Assembly (NCBI GenBank): GCA_963741995.1
Contig: CAVUKI010000003.1
Location: forward strand, 220,889 to 284,888
Source of the DNA: an uncultured Acidimicrobiaceae bacterium
Lineage (GTDB): Bacteria; Actinomycetota; Acidimicrobiia; Acidimicrobiales; RAAP-2
Direction: 5' to 3'
Length of the DNA stretch: 64,000 nucleotides
Part shown: in pieces, positions 19,379-29,858 of the stretch
Position numbering within the stretch: the first letter of the stretch is position 1
Layout: each line of letters opens with the position of its first letter
The notes under the pieces: model-generated
What the model was told of the DNA's origin: nothing
The model's input: only the letters and a program-made list of their open reading frames with translations
Databases searched by the model: none
Made by a program: the position numbers and the translations under genes

Positions 19379-19397
19379 GGTCCCCCTCGTGGGGACC
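19379..19397. terminator. stem-loop between convergent genes
   Basis: GGTCCCC-CTCGT-GGGGACC, a 7-bp perfect stem between the stop of 17743..19371 and the stop of ppsA. No U-tract. Confidence 0.4.
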
Positions 19398-19430
19398 GCC
19401 GAGGAGACATCCCCGGCGAGCCGTGCTCCT

Positions 19431-21755
19431 CTAGCGACGGTGCCGGAGGGGGTGCCGGGGCGCCACTTCGCCCACCGACTGGGGGCGGAGTGGCACGGCG
19501 GCCTGGAGCAGCAGTCGCCACTCGGCGGCCGCCACGGTCTGGCGCACGGCCGCGACCGCGTCGGGGTTCACCGAGATCGACGTGATGCCCTGACCGACGA
19601 GAAACTCGGCGAAGGCAGGCCGGTTGGAGGGAGCCTGACCGCACAGCGAGGAGGAGATGCGTGAGGACTGGCAGCCTCCGATGATGCGACCGATCGCATC
19701 GAGCACGGCGGGGTCCGCCTCGTCGAAGACGTCGGCACAGATCTGCGAGTCGCGGTCCACGCCGAGCAGCAGCTGAGTCAGATCGTTGCTGCCGATCGAC
19801 ACCCCCTCGATGCCCATCCCGGCGTAGGTCGGGATCCAGTAGGCCACGGACGGGACTTCGGCCATCACCCACACCGGGAGGGAACCCGCCACCGGGCTGG
19901 CGTCGACCACGTCGAGGCACGCCTCGAGCTCCCAGGCCGTGCGCACGAACGGAATCATCAACACGATGTTCGGCGTCTCCTGGAGCACGCGGTCCAGCAC
20001 GTCGAGCTCCAGCCGGAACAAGTCCGGCTGTCTGACGTAGCGGTAGCAGCCCCGGTACCCGATCATCGGGTTCTCCTCATGGGGCTCGAACTGGTCCCCG
20101 CCTTCGAGGTTGGCGAACTCATTGGAGCGGAAGTCCATGCTTCGGTACACCACGGGACGCGGTTCGAAGGCCCTCGTGATGCGCAGGAGCGACTTGGCCA
20201 TGTCGTCGACGAACGTCTTTTCGTCGCCGCGCTCGAGGAGCTTGCGCGGGTGGACCCCCTTCAGGGCGTCCGTCACCATGAACTCGGCTCGCAACAGGCC
20301 CACACCGTCGACCGGCAACGCCGCCACCTCCTCGGCGTGCTCGGCGAAGGCCAGGTTCACGTAGATCTTCGTCGCGAGCGCACCCGGGACACCGGAGCCG
20401 GTCTGCTGCGGTGTCGCAGCAGCGGTCGGTGCAACAACGGCTTGGGCCTCGGCCCCTTCGGTCACCGTTCCCTGGGCGCCGTCGACGGTCACGAGCTCGC
20501 CGTCGCGCAGCACGGTCGTCGCTGTGCGGGCACCCACGACGGCAGGGACGCCCAGTTCGCGCGAGACGATGGCGGCATGGCATGTCATCCCGCCGCCATC
20601 GGTCACGATGGCCGCGGCACGGCGCATGGTCGGGACCCAGTCGGGACTTGTCATGGGCGCCACGAGGACCTCGCCGGACTGCAGGCGATCGCCCTGGTCC
20701 GGCGACTGCAACACGCGCACTACTCCCGAAGCCCGGCCCGCCGAGGCCGCCAGGCCCTGCACCAGCAGCGTGCCCTGGCCGGGCGCCGCCGCGGCCTTGG
20801 CGGCACCGCCGACGGCAGTGACGGGACGCGATTGCACGAGGTAGGTACGACCGCCGGCGATGGCCCATTCCGTGTCCTGCGGTGACCCGTAGTGGGCCTC
20901 CGTGGCCAGGCCCATGCGTGCCACCGCGAGGACTTCCTCGTCACTGAGGACCCGGCTGCCGCCCTCGACGGGGCCGAGCTGCACCCGCTCGTCCTGGCCG
21001 TCGGCCCCACGCACGATCTTGAAGTGCTGGGTGCCGACCCGGGCGTGCAGGAGGCGGGGCCCGTCCTTCCCCACAACGTAGGTGTCGGGCTCGACCTGGC
21101 CGCTCACGACCACCTCGCCCTGGCCGAAGGCGGCCTCGATCACAATATGGTCCGTCTCCCCCGACGAGGGGTCGACGGTGAACATCACACCGGAGCGCTC
21201 CGAGGGCACCATCTCCTGGATCACCACGGCGATGGCCGGCTCTGCGGTCAGATCCTTGTCACCGCGGTAGAAGATGGAGCGCGCGCCCCACAGCGAGGCC
21301 CAGCAGTCAACGACCCGCGCCAGCAACTGCTCGGTGCCGGCGACGTTGGTGAACGTCTCGTTCATGCCGGCGAACGACGTGCCTTCGGCATCCTCGCCGA
21401 TGCCGGACGACCGCACCGCGACCCGAACGTCAGTTCCGAGGCGCCCATAGGCGTCGACGATGCCGGACGCCAGGTTGTCGGGGATGGGCACCGTGTGCAC
21501 GAGATGCCGGGCCTCGGACGCCAGGCGGTCGAGGTCGTCCTGCGTCGCCGTGCGGGCCTCGGCCAGGATCGCCACCAGCCGGTCCCGGACACCCGCCCGA
21601 CCGATGGCATCGAGATAGGCCTCACCCGTGATCACGAATCCAGGGGGCACCGGCAGACCTCCCGCCGTCAGCTCACCCAGGTTCGCACCCTTGCCTCCCA
21701 CCGAGCCCGTGTCCCGCAGCCTGACCTCTTCGAACCAGCGAATTTCCTTCACCAC
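19431..21755 (-). CDS. ppsA: phosphoenolpyruvate synthase (pyruvate, water dikinase)
   Basis: 774 aa. N-terminal ATP-grasp [11 protein letters not shown], swivel-His motif [21 protein letters not shown] and a C-terminal PEP-utiliser barrel. GTG start. Confidence 0.85.
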   Translation of the reverse strand: MVKEIRWFEEVRLRDTGSVGGKGANLGELTAGGLPVPPGFVITGEAYLDAIGRAGVRDRLVAILAEARTATQDDLDRLASEARHLVHTVPIPDNLASGIVDAYGRLGTDVRVAVRSSGIGEDAEGTSFAGMNETFTNVAGTEQLLARVVDCWASLWGARSIFYRGDKDLTAEPAIAVVIQEMVPSERSGVMFTVDPSSGETDHIVIEAAFGQGEVVVSGQVEPDTYVVGKDGPRLLHARVGTQHFKIVRGADGQDERVQLGPVEGGSRVLSDEEVLAVARMGLATEAHYGSPQDTEWAIAGGRTYLVQSRPVTAVGGAAKAAAAPGQGTLLVQGLAASAGRASGVVRVLQSPDQGDRLQSGEVLVAPMTSPDWVPTMRRAAAIVTDGGGMTCHAAIVSRELGVPAVVGARTATTVLRDGELVTVDGAQGTVTEGAEAQAVVAPTAAATPQQTGSGVPGALATKIYVNLAFAEHAEEVAALPVDGVGLLRAEFMVTDALKGVHPRKLLERGDEKTFVDDMAKSLLRITRAFEPRPVVYRSMDFRSNEFANLEGGDQFEPHEENPMIGYRGCYRYVRQPDLFRLELDVLDRVLQETPNIVLMIPFVRTAWELEACLDVVDASPVAGSLPVWVMAEVPSVAYWIPTYAGMGIEGVSIGSNDLTQLLLGVDRDSQICADVFDEADPAVLDAIGRIIGGCQSSRISSSLCGQAPSNRPAFAEFLVGQGITSISVNPDAVAAVRQTVAAAEWRLLLQAAVPLRPQSVGEVAPRHPLRHRR

Positions 21756-21787
21756 TCAATCGTCCCTGATCAAAGGCGGTGTCGATA

Positions 21788-21801
21788 GGGACCAATGTCC
21801 C
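21788..21801. promoter_or_regulatory. DosR-like box GGGACCAATGTCCC
   Basis: Palindrome centred between divergent ppsA (start 21755) and the CoA-transferase (start 21847). Confidence 0.6.
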
Positions 21802-21846
21802 TGTTTCGAGGAGGTCGGTCTCTGTGACACTGCATTGGTGCACACA

Positions 21847-23076
21847 ATGACCTTCGAGGAGGTCGTGGCGCGGATCGGCGCGCTGGAGGGGCGCGAACCG
21901 CGGCTCGTCATCTCGGGCAATTCTGCGACGCCGTTCACACTGGTCAAGGCCCTGACCGAAGCACTCGAGACGTGCCGCGTGTTCCAGCTCAACGCGCAGT
22001 ACGACTTTGCCGGTCACGAAGGGTTCATCTGCGAGACCCCCTTCGTCGGGCCCGGCATGCGCCACGACCCGATGCTCGACTACCTGCCGATGCGTCTCTC
22101 GCTGGTGCCGCGTCTCTTCGACACCGTGCGCCGACCCGACGCCGTGCTGCTCCACACATCCCTGCCGCGTGACGGCAAGGTGTCGCTCGGGATCGAGGTC
22201 AACGTCCTGCCGGCCGCGATCGATCAGACGCGGGCTCGCGGTGGGTTGGTCGTGGCGCAGGTGAATCCCCGCATGCCTTACACGTTCGGCGCCGGCGAGA
22301 TCCCCATGGAGGCGATCGACGGCCTGCTGGAGGTCGACGAGCCGCTGACCTCCCCCGCCGGAGAGGGGTCCGAGGAGGCGGCGACGGCGATCGGCGAGCG
22401 CGTCGCCGCCTTCGCGACCGACGGCACAACCCTGCAACTCGGCATCGGGCTGATTCCCACCGTGGCGGCCCGGATGATGGCCGCTCGTCGCGGTCTACGG
22501 GTGTGGTCGGAGATGATCAGCGACGGCATCATGGATCTCGATCGCGCCGGCGCGCTCGATCCGGAGGCGCCGGTTTCCACCTCCTTCCTGATCGGTTCGC
22601 CGGAGCTCTACCGCTGGGCCGACGGGAACGAGCAGCTCCGCATGCTGCGCACGGAGACCGTCAACAACCCGGCGCGCATCGCCGCGCACCCCTGCATGCT
22701 CTCGGTCAACGCCGCCATGCAGGTCGACCTGTTCGCCCAGGCCAACGCCAGCTTCGTGGACGAGCACATTCACTCAGGATTCGGCGGGCAACCCGATTTC
22801 GTCACCGGGGCCCTGCACTCGCCGGGGGGGCACGCGATCGTGGCACTGCACGCCTGGCACGACAAGACGGACTCGTCGACGGTCGTCCCCGTCCTGGCGA
22901 ACCCGGTGACGTCGTTCCAGCACTCGGCGGTGATCAGCGAACACGGGTGTGCCGACCTGTTCGGGCGCTCGCAACACGCGCAGGCCCAGCAGCTCATTGG
23001 GCAGGTGGCCGACCCCCGCGCCCGCGCCGGCCTCGCCGAAGCGAGCGGCCGACTCGGACTGTGCGAACTCGACTAA
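21847..23076 (+). CDS. acetyl-CoA hydrolase/transferase family protein (CoA-transferase)
   Basis: 409 aa from the in-frame ATG. The GFGGQPDFVTGA motif is typical of the 4-hydroxybutyrate/acetate CoA-transferase family. Confidence 0.75.
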   Translation: MTFEEVVARIGALEGREPRLVISGNSATPFTLVKALTEALETCRVFQLNAQYDFAGHEGFICETPFVGPGMRHDPMLDYLPMRLSLVPRLFDTVRRPDAVLLHTSLPRDGKVSLGIEVNVLPAAIDQTRARGGLVVAQVNPRMPYTFGAGEIPMEAIDGLLEVDEPLTSPAGEGSEEAATAIGERVAAFATDGTTLQLGIGLIPTVAARMMAARRGLRVWSEMISDGIMDLDRAGALDPEAPVSTSFLIGSPELYRWADGNEQLRMLRTETVNNPARIAAHPCMLSVNAAMQVDLFAQANASFVDEHIHSGFGGQPDFVTGALHSPGGHAIVALHAWHDKTDSSTVVPVLANPVTSFQHSAVISEHGCADLFGRSQHAQAQQLIGQVADPRARAGLAEASGRLGLCELD

Positions 23077-23269
23077 CCGGAAGTCGACTCGCCCTCCCGT
23101 TCGTCTTCCTCATCGGCGGCGAGCGGGGCGTCAAGGTCCCATCCCTCGTCGGCTTCGAGCCGCGTCACAAGGACTGTGACACCGAGCGGCTGGCCAACCC
23201 ACGCCGCCTGCCGAAGAAGGCAACGGACCGGAGGGAAGCGCCGGTATAAGGAAAGAAGTGCCGGCATAG

Positions 23270-23283
23270 GGGAAATTAGTCCC
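23270..23283. promoter_or_regulatory. DosR-like box GGGAAATTAGTCCC
   Basis: Lies 36-49 nt upstream of the pfkB-family start. The right half AGTCCC equals the mycobacterial consensus half-site. Confidence 0.55.
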
Positions 23284-23318
23284 TGTTACGCGACCCGGAT
23301 TTCTCGTCATATTGGTCT

Positions 23319-24317
23319 ATGGCGCAATTCGACGTGCTCAGCGTGGGCGACACCGCAACCGATGTCTTCATCCGGCTGTCGGACGGGCACGTCCGCATTC
23401 GGGAGGACGACAACGCCCAGTGGATGGACCTACCCTTTGGCGGCAAAGTCCCGTTCGACTATGCCGTGATGGTCGACGCGGGTGGGAACGCGGCAAATGC
23501 CGCCGTGGGTTTCGCACGGCTCGGACTCTCGACCTCCATCGCGGCACACGTCGGGAACGACGACATCGGCCGAATCATGCAGGCCGCCCTGGTGCACGAA
23601 CGTGTGGACACCCACCTCGTGCGGTTCGACCCCGATCAGCCGAGCAATCGCAACTTCGTGCTCTGGTTCGGACCGGATCGCACGATCTTGGTCCGCCACC
23701 AGCTCTACGATTACCACTGGGCCCACCTGAGCCCGCGGGAGGTCCCTGGCTGGTTGTATCTGAGTTCGGTCGGTTCCGACGCTCCTCAGTATTACGACCA
23801 GATCGTTGCGTGGCTCGATGCAGAACCCTCGGTGCACTTCGCGTTCCAACCCGGGACCTTTCAGATTGCTCAGGGCGTCGAAGCCATGCGGGGCCTCTAC
23901 CGCCGGGCCAGTGTGCTGATTTGCAACAGAGAGGAGGCGGTCGAGATCGGCGGCGGCGACCACGGCAAGGTGGGCGAGCTCCTCGACTCGCTGCACCGTC
24001 TCGGAGCCGAGATCGTCGTCATCACGGACGGTCCAGACGGGGCCTACGCGTCGGACGGGTCGCGGCGCTACTTCGTTCCCGCCTACCCCGATCCAGCCCC
24101 GCCCAGGGAGCGCACGGGCGCCGGCGACGCGTTTTCGTCTGCCCTCGTCGCCGCCATGGCGAAAGGGCTCCCGCTGCAGGAGGCGCTGTCCTGGGGCCCC
24201 GTCAACGCCATGAGCGTGGTTCAGGAGGTCGGCTCCCAATCAGGCCTGCTGAGTGAAAGCCAGCTGCACAAATACCTCGCGGACGCCCCGGAGGCGTACG
24301 CGGTCACGGCCTGGTGA
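23319..24317 (+). CDS. PfkB-family carbohydrate kinase
   Basis: 332 aa. DAGGNAANAA motif and C-terminal TGAGDAF anion-hole motif. Confidence 0.8.
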   Translation: MAQFDVLSVGDTATDVFIRLSDGHVRIREDDNAQWMDLPFGGKVPFDYAVMVDAGGNAANAAVGFARLGLSTSIAAHVGNDDIGRIMQAALVHERVDTHLVRFDPDQPSNRNFVLWFGPDRTILVRHQLYDYHWAHLSPREVPGWLYLSSVGSDAPQYYDQIVAWLDAEPSVHFAFQPGTFQIAQGVEAMRGLYRRASVLICNREEAVEIGGGDHGKVGELLDSLHRLGAEIVVITDGPDGAYASDGSRRYFVPAYPDPAPPRERTGAGDAFSSALVAAMAKGLPLQEALSWGPVNAMSVVQEVGSQSGLLSESQLHKYLADAPEAYAVTAW

Positions 24318-24401
24318 GCTGCACCGCCGGCGGCCGGTACGCCCGCGGGAACCGCGGCGTACCACTGCAGGCCATGAGGACCGGCATATGAGGGCGGGCA
24401 T

Positions 24402-25301
24402 GTGATGGCGCCGCTCGTCCTAGCCGCCGACGTCGGCGGCACGCGGATGCGTGTCGCCCTGGTGGATCAACGCGGCACCGTGCTACTCCGGCGATCGGTC
24501 GCGACGCCCAGCCATGCCGACGTGCCGGAGGCACTGATCGACCTCGTTTGCAACGTCGGCGCCGAACACCAGTTCGGCATCGTGTCTCACGCGGTCGTGG
24601 GCTTACCTGGCGTCGTGGACTACGAGGCCGGGCGGCTGCTCTGGGCACCGCATCTCCCGGAGAGCTGGCCCGACCTGCTGTCGCGTCGTGACCTATCGGC
24701 CGGCCTCGGCCTCCCGACCCATATCGCCAACGACGCTGACCTCGCAGCAGTAGGTGAGGCCGCCTTCGGTGCCGGTGTGGGGAGCACGGACGTCGCCTAC
24801 CTCACCATCTCGACTGGCATCGGGGCCGGAGTGATCCACGACGGTCGTCTGGTCCGCGGGAGACGCTCCCTCGCAGAAGTGGGTCACACCGTCATCGACT
24901 GGAGCGCGTGGCGGGAGGGATCGCCTTGCACGCTCGAGGAATTGGGGTCGGGCAGCGGTATGGCGCGCCTGGCACGCGAGACCGGCCTTGGGGCCCTCAA
25001 CGCCCTTGGAATCGAATCGGCGATGAAGAGCGGTGAAGCCGGCGCGCTGGCCATCTGGCGTGGCGCCATTGCCGCCTGCGCCGTCGGGATTTGCAACCTC
25101 GTGATGACCTTCTACCCGAGCACCGTTGTCGTCGGCGGGGGGCTGGGTTGCGACCCCGGGTTCTTCGAGCCGCTCCGTGACTTCGTGCTGAGCCGGCACG
25201 AACATCACCCGGCCGACCTCACCATCGTGCAGTCGGCCCTGGGCGACGACGCCGGCCTGGCCGGAGCGGCCGCTTGGGAAGCGGCGACGCAACCGGCCTG
25301 A
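24402..25301 (+). CDS. ROK-family sugar kinase (glucokinase-like)
   Basis: 299 aa. N-terminal LAADVGGTRMRVAL ATPase motif and a ROK-like core. The canonical CxCGxxGC zinc motif is not evident. Confidence 0.7.
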   Translation: MMAPLVLAADVGGTRMRVALVDQRGTVLLRRSVATPSHADVPEALIDLVCNVGAEHQFGIVSHAVVGLPGVVDYEAGRLLWAPHLPESWPDLLSRRDLSAGLGLPTHIANDADLAAVGEAAFGAGVGSTDVAYLTISTGIGAGVIHDGRLVRGRRSLAEVGHTVIDWSAWREGSPCTLEELGSGSGMARLARETGLGALNALGIESAMKSGEAGALAIWRGAIAACAVGICNLVMTFYPSTVVVGGGLGCDPGFFEPLRDFVLSRHEHHPADLTIVQSALGDDAGLAGAAAWEAATQPA

Positions 25302-25405
25302 GAGCTGAGCGGCCCGAACTGGACATTCACAGGGTATGCACAGCATGCGCCCAGGCACCGGATCTGGCACGCAGGGCTGAGCACAAGAGGGCGATCTTCT
25401 CGTAG

Positions 25406-25510
25406 TTCGGATCACGAGGGCATGGCGTCATTCGCGAGCTGTTGCTCGGTTCGGTCGGTACCTACTGCGCCCAACATGCTCACTGCCCCGTCGTGATCGC
25501 CAGCTTCCGA
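25406..25510 (+). pseudogene. C-terminal fragment of a universal stress protein gene
   Basis: Translation FGSRGHGVIRELLLGSVGTYCAQHAHCPVVIA is the USP ATP-binding G-x2-G-x9-GS motif plus the terminal strand. A stop lies immediately upstream (25403), so there is no N-terminal half. Confidence 0.55.
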
Positions 25511-25584
25511 CGGCGATCGGCATCCCGCCGAAACACTCCATCCTCCGTCGGGCGATGTACGGCGAACCAAGGTCATGGCCGCTC

Positions 25585-25598
25585 GGGACCTTTCTCTC
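25585..25598. promoter_or_regulatory. weak DosR-like box GGGACCTTTCTCTC
   Basis: The left half-site is perfect and the right half is degenerate. Lies 37-50 nt upstream of ATG 25635. Confidence 0.3.
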
Positions 25599-25634
25599 TA
25601 GCGATCGGTCCGCCCGGTCCCTCAAAATGGCCCT

Positions 25635-26339
25635 ATGACGCCAACCCCTCAAATTGAAGAGCCGCCCGGTTCCACCGCGGAAACGGGCGCCAGCGACCTG
25701 GCCCGGCGCGTCACTCACCGTCGAAAGGAACTCGGTCTTTCAGCCGAAGAGTTGGCGCAACGCGTCGGCATGGATCCCAATTATCTCAACTACTTCGAAC
25801 ACAATGCGAACGCTCGGTTGAGTGCTGGAACGTTCAACCTCATTGCGACTGTCCTGGACACGTCCCCGGTTGCTCTCGCGGGGGGCGGGCTGGACCGCGC
25901 ACCCGGGAGGGCCAGAGGGAGGCGTCACCCCTCACTCGAAGTTCTGACCAGGAAGCAGTGTGACGCCCATGTTTCTGCAGGAGGGGTGGGCCGAGTTGTC
26001 TTTTCCACAGAACGGGGCCCCGTTGCCCTACCCGTCAACTTTGAGTTCACGGCTGGGGAAGTCATTCTCAGTACGGACTCGGCGAAAGCCGATCTCCTCG
26101 CCGCTCAGCCGGTGGTCGGTTTCGAGATCGATCGTCTCGATGAGGCCTTCAGCGAAGGTTGGAGTGTGCTCATCAGCGGTCCTGCCCGTCATGTAGATGA
26201 TCCCGATGAAGTGCTGCGGCTCTCATCGCTCGACCTCGAGACATGGGCGGGCGGCGATCGCCACGAGTTGGTCAAGATCACTCCTGTGACGGTCACAGGT
26301 CGTGTCATCGTGCACAACCCCGTTCCGGATGAGGACTGA
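25635..26339 (+). CDS. XRE-type HTH fused to a pyridoxamine-5'-phosphate-oxidase-like (PPOX/FMN-binding split-barrel) domain
   Basis: 234 aa. HTH ELGLSAEELAQRVGMDPNYLNYFE. The C-terminal half is collinear with the PPOX-family ORF 42978..43394 and with 40139..40832. Confidence 0.7.
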   Translation: MTPTPQIEEPPGSTAETGASDLARRVTHRRKELGLSAEELAQRVGMDPNYLNYFEHNANARLSAGTFNLIATVLDTSPVALAGGGLDRAPGRARGRRHPSLEVLTRKQCDAHVSAGGVGRVVFSTERGPVALPVNFEFTAGEVILSTDSAKADLLAAQPVVGFEIDRLDEAFSEGWSVLISGPARHVDDPDEVLRLSSLDLETWAGGDRHELVKITPVTVTGRVIVHNPVPDED

Positions 26340-26447
26340 GCCGACGCCAAGCCCGGCCTCCAGGCTGAACGTCGTTGGCCACCATCGTCGGTCGAATCAG
26401 ATCGGTGGGTCGCCGGCGCCAATGGGTTTGTGGGTCAAGATAGGGAA

Positions 26448-27810
26448 ATGGCGGAACCTCGTGACATCGAGGTAACGGCGATTGCCCCCCAACGCCTCTC
26501 CTATCTCGTCGGAGAGTCGCGCCTGAACAGGCTCGTCCGCGCTGCAGAACAAACGCGGGCGGCACTGGGAGGCGCCCGAGTATGGAACATCGAGCGCGAC
26601 GTCGGCCGGTGGCGGCGTCGCGGAGATGCTGCACACCCTTGTCGGATACTCACTCGGGTGCGGGGTCGACACCCGATGGGTGGTGATCAATGGCGACGAA
26701 GCCTTCTTCAAGATCACCAAGCGCCTTCATAATCGGTTGCACGGCGTAGCTGGCGACACCGGCGAATTGGGCCAGTCCGAAGCCGACCACTACGCAGCAG
26801 TTCTGGACCAGAACGCAGCTGCACTGAGCAACCGAGTCAACGAGGGTGATGTTGTCGTTTTGCATGACCCGCAGACCGCCGGTCTCGCTGGGGCCCTCAC
26901 GGAGCGGGGGGCTCGGGTTGTTTGGCGGTGCCACATCGGCACAGAACGAATCAATGCGCACACCGAAGAGGGCTGGAACTTCCTGGAAAAGCATTTGAGG
27001 TTCTGTTGCACCTACGTCTTCTCGCACTTGGGCTTCGTCCCGCGATTTCTCGCGGGCGCCGACCTTGCCATCATTGCGCCCTCTATCGACCCACACACCG
27101 CGAAGAATCGGCGTCTGAACGGCGCTCAGGTACACAAGCTCTTGGTGAGGATCGGATTATTCGACGACGGCAGTGCGTCAGTGAGGTCGTTGGGGGCCGT
27201 TCTTGGCGGAGCAGGACCCATATCAATGGACGATCGGGTGGTTGTACAAGTGTCACGTTGGGATCACCTCAAAGACATGCAAGGTGTTCTTGAAGGGTTC
27301 GCCGGCAAGTCAACGCGACAAGGAGATGTGAGACTCGCCCTCGTGGGCCCGGCGGTAGATGCCGTCTCCGATGATCCCGAGGGGGCAAGAGTCTTGGACG
27401 AATGTCTGACCTATTGGGAGAATCTGCCCTCGAGACAGCGGAGCGCCGTGCGGCTGATCACGTTGCCCATGGACAACTTTGAACTGAACGCACTCATGGT
27501 TAACGCGATCCAACGTCATGCCACGGTGGTCGTCCAGAAGAGTTTGGAAGAGGGTTTCGGTCTCACGGTTGCGGAGGCCATGTGGAAGTCGCGCCCGGTC
27601 GTGGCGTCTGCGGTTGGTGGCATCGTCGACCAATTGTCGCCCGGAACGGGAGCCCTACTGAGCGACCCATCGGACCTGGCTACCTTCGCCAAGACACTCG
27701 ATGATCTGTTGGCGCGACCGGAGGAGATGGCGGCCATGGGACGCAGAGCGCGGGAACGGATTCGGTCCGATTTCCTCAGTGACCGCCATCTCGTCGACTA
27801 CCGCGACTGA
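26448..27810 (+). pseudogene. GT4 glycosyltransferase, TreT (trehalose synthase)-like, frameshift near 26585-26592
   Basis: ORF 26430..26732 gives the N-terminus up to GGARVWNI. The next frame, open from 26527, continues SSATSAGGGVAEMLHTLV..FFKITKRLHNRLHG and carries the GT-B C-terminal domain. Confidence 0.6.
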
Positions 27811-27920
27811 TCGAGCATGTCACGCGGCTCTAATCGGTCGCTCGGATGCCTCTGGGTTCCGGCGCATCGATTCCGGCCCTCGGAGGTCGTCACAAAAGAA
27901 GACCTACTGCCTCACAAGCC

Positions 27921-27934
27921 GGGACCAAAGTCCC
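27921..27934. promoter_or_regulatory. DosR-like box GGGACCAAAGTCCC
   Basis: Same 14-mer as at 14755. Lies 36-49 nt upstream of ATG 27970, at the head of the USP-fragment/GNAT/HDAC/USP cluster. Confidence 0.6.
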
Positions 27935-27969
27935 TACCTGACCTGAGTTCCGGCGAAGAGAATTGAAGC

Positions 27970-28152
27970 ATGACCAGAACGGCTCGTCCTACAATCATGG
28001 CCAAAGTGAAGCAGATCCTGGGATCGCCAGGAGCAGCATCCCTTCTCGTCATCGGCTCCCGCGGGCACAGCGAGATCGCCAGTCTCATCTTCGGATCAGT
28101 GTCCGAGCGCTGGGTGGATCATGCAGCCCGTGCTACCACGGTCGTTGGCTGA
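27970..28152 (+). pseudogene. truncated universal stress protein (C-terminal 60 aa only)
   Basis: ASLLVIGSRGHSEIASLIFGSVSERWVDHAARATTVV is the USP C-terminal ATP-binding segment. Only 160 nt separate it from the upstream gene, so there is no room for the N-terminal half. Confidence 0.5.
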
Positions 28153-28157
28153 GTGCC

Positions 28158-28832
28158 ATGGCGAGCGTCTCAGGTGCGGGCAGCAGTCTCGACTCAGATT
28201 CAACGAGAGCATCCTCCCCTCCTGCCTATCCACGTGATCTTGAGATCGCGGTTGTCTTCTCGGACGGCCCTCGCTATAGCCTGCGTCCGATCCGACCCGA
28301 TGACGCAGTGCCCCTGGTCGAGTTTCATGAGCATCTTTCGCATCGATCGACCTATCTCAGGTTCTTTACGGTTCATCCGGCCCTTTCGGCTGGCGAAGTC
28401 GAGCGTTTCACCACCGTGGACTACGTGGACCGCTTGGCTCTCGTGGTCGAGACTGAAGGAAAGCTGATTGCCGTGGGTCGGTTCGACCGACATGCTGGTA
28501 CCGCAGAAGCCGAGGTGGCTTTCGTCGTAGCCGACGACTACCAGCACCACGGGATCGGGTCGCTCTTGCTTGATGAGCTGGGCCGCGCCGCGAGGGCCCG
28601 AGGCATCACGACGTTCCTCGCCGATACGCTTTGCGAGAACAAACCCATGCTCGACGTGTTCCGTCACTCGGGGTTCGAGATGTCGACAGATATCGACTGC
28701 GGAACTGTCTCGCTACGATTCGAGATCCGCCTGACGGACTCGTACCGTGAGGCTCTGGCGATGCGAGACCAAGCGCGGCAAATAACTCGTCGCCCGATGA
28801 TCGGACCAGTTCAAAGAGGAATCGAATGCTGA
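28158..28832 (+). CDS. GNAT-family N-acetyltransferase (Pat-type GNAT domain-like)
   Basis: 224 aa from the in-frame ATG. STYLRFF..EVERFTTVDYVDRLALV and acetyl-CoA loop QHHGIGSLLLDEL. Resembles the GNAT module of protein lysine acetyltransferases. Confidence 0.75.
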   Translation: MASVSGAGSSLDSDSTRASSPPAYPRDLEIAVVFSDGPRYSLRPIRPDDAVPLVEFHEHLSHRSTYLRFFTVHPALSAGEVERFTTVDYVDRLALVVETEGKLIAVGRFDRHAGTAEAEVAFVVADDYQHHGIGSLLLDELGRAARARGITTFLADTLCENKPMLDVFRHSGFEMSTDIDCGTVSLRFEIRLTDSYREALAMRDQARQITRRPMIGPVQRGIEC

Positions 28833-29845
28833 TCGTGGCTGGTCCTTCAGGCGCCTGCTCGCATGACGGGGGCAAGTTACATCCTGAGCAACAGGGGCGG
28901 ATCTTCTCAGTGATGGATGGGGTGCGCGATCTCAACCTCGACGATGACATCAACTACGTAACCACGCCCAAGGCGGATCTCGACGACTTGGCACGGGTGC
29001 ACTCCACCAAGTACCTCGACGAACTCGATCGCTTCTGCCGTCAAGGCGGGGGCGACCTCGACCCTGATACGTACGCCCAAACGGATTCCTTCTCTGCGGC
29101 TCGCCGCGCTGTCGGTGCCGGCCTCGAGGCCATCGCGACTTTGGAGCTGAAGGGTGAAGGGGTGGCCTTTGTCCCTGTGAGGCCACCCGGGCATCACGCC
29201 GAGGCCGACCGCGCCATGGGGTTCTGCTTGCTCAATAACGTTGCGGTGAGCGCCGCAGCGTTGGCGGCGAGAGGCCAGCGAGTGCTCATCATCGACTGGG
29301 ACGTCCACCACGGCAATGGGACGCAATCAATCTTTTGGAATGACCCAAGGGTTCTCTACGTCTCGACCCATCAGTGGCCCCTTTTTCCGGGCACAGGCAA
29401 GGCTGAAGAAGTCGGGGGACCCAATGCGGTCGGCCTCACCGTCAACATTCCACTACCACCAGGTGCGACCGGCGACATTGTTCGCTGTGGCCTTGAGGAG
29501 ATCGCTCACCCTGTCATCGATCGATTCGCGCCCGACTGGGTCCTTGTCTCGTGTGGTTTGGATGCTCACCGAGCCGACCCTTTGGGTGAGCTTGCCCTCT
29601 CCACGGGAGACTTTGCGCAGCTCGCTCGACTTGTGAGTTCATTTGCCCCTCGTGCTGGTCGGATCGTGTTGTTCCTGGAGGGGGGATACAACTCCGGAGC
29701 ACTGCGTGCATCGGTGACAGCCATTCTGGGGACCCTGCTCGATATGGAGGTAGATTTCGAGGCGCCGTCTTTTGGCGGGCCCGGGCGTCAGGAAATCGCT
29801 ACCGCGGCGATCGCTCGAGACCGGGCATCAGCCGGACTGCGATAA
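28826..29845 (+). CDS. histone-deacetylase-family (AcuC/HDAC class) Zn-dependent deacetylase
   Basis: 339 aa. RPPGHHA and IIDWDVHHGNGTQ signatures. The start overlaps the GNAT stop (ATGCTGA). Confidence 0.85.
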   Translation: MLIVAGPSGACSHDGGKLHPEQQGRIFSVMDGVRDLNLDDDINYVTTPKADLDDLARVHSTKYLDELDRFCRQGGGDLDPDTYAQTDSFSAARRAVGAGLEAIATLELKGEGVAFVPVRPPGHHAEADRAMGFCLLNNVAVSAAALAARGQRVLIIDWDVHHGNGTQSIFWNDPRVLYVSTHQWPLFPGTGKAEEVGGPNAVGLTVNIPLPPGATGDIVRCGLEEIAHPVIDRFAPDWVLVSCGLDAHRADPLGELALSTGDFAQLARLVSSFAPRAGRIVLFLEGGYNSGALRASVTAILGTLLDMEVDFEAPSFGGPGRQEIATAAIARDRASAGLR

Positions 29846-29858
29846 GGGAGCGCTCGCG

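Noticed and set aside
19379-19397. GGTCCCC-N5-GGGGACC, considered as another DosR-like site.
   Set aside because: The half-sites are in the inverted order (GTCCC..GGGAC). The element also lies between two convergent stop codons, so it is better explained as a terminator hairpin.
23073-23267. A 64-aa minus-strand ORF with an acidic tail in the CoA-transferase/pfkB intergenic region.
   Set aside because: It has no SD, its start codon abuts the DosR-like box that serves pfkB, and it has no recognisable family. Probably spurious.
26430-26447. TAGGGAAATGGCGGAAC upstream of and overlapping the GT4 start, considered as a DosR-like box.
   Set aside because: The right half (CGGAA) does not match GTCCC, and the site overlaps the SD and start codon.
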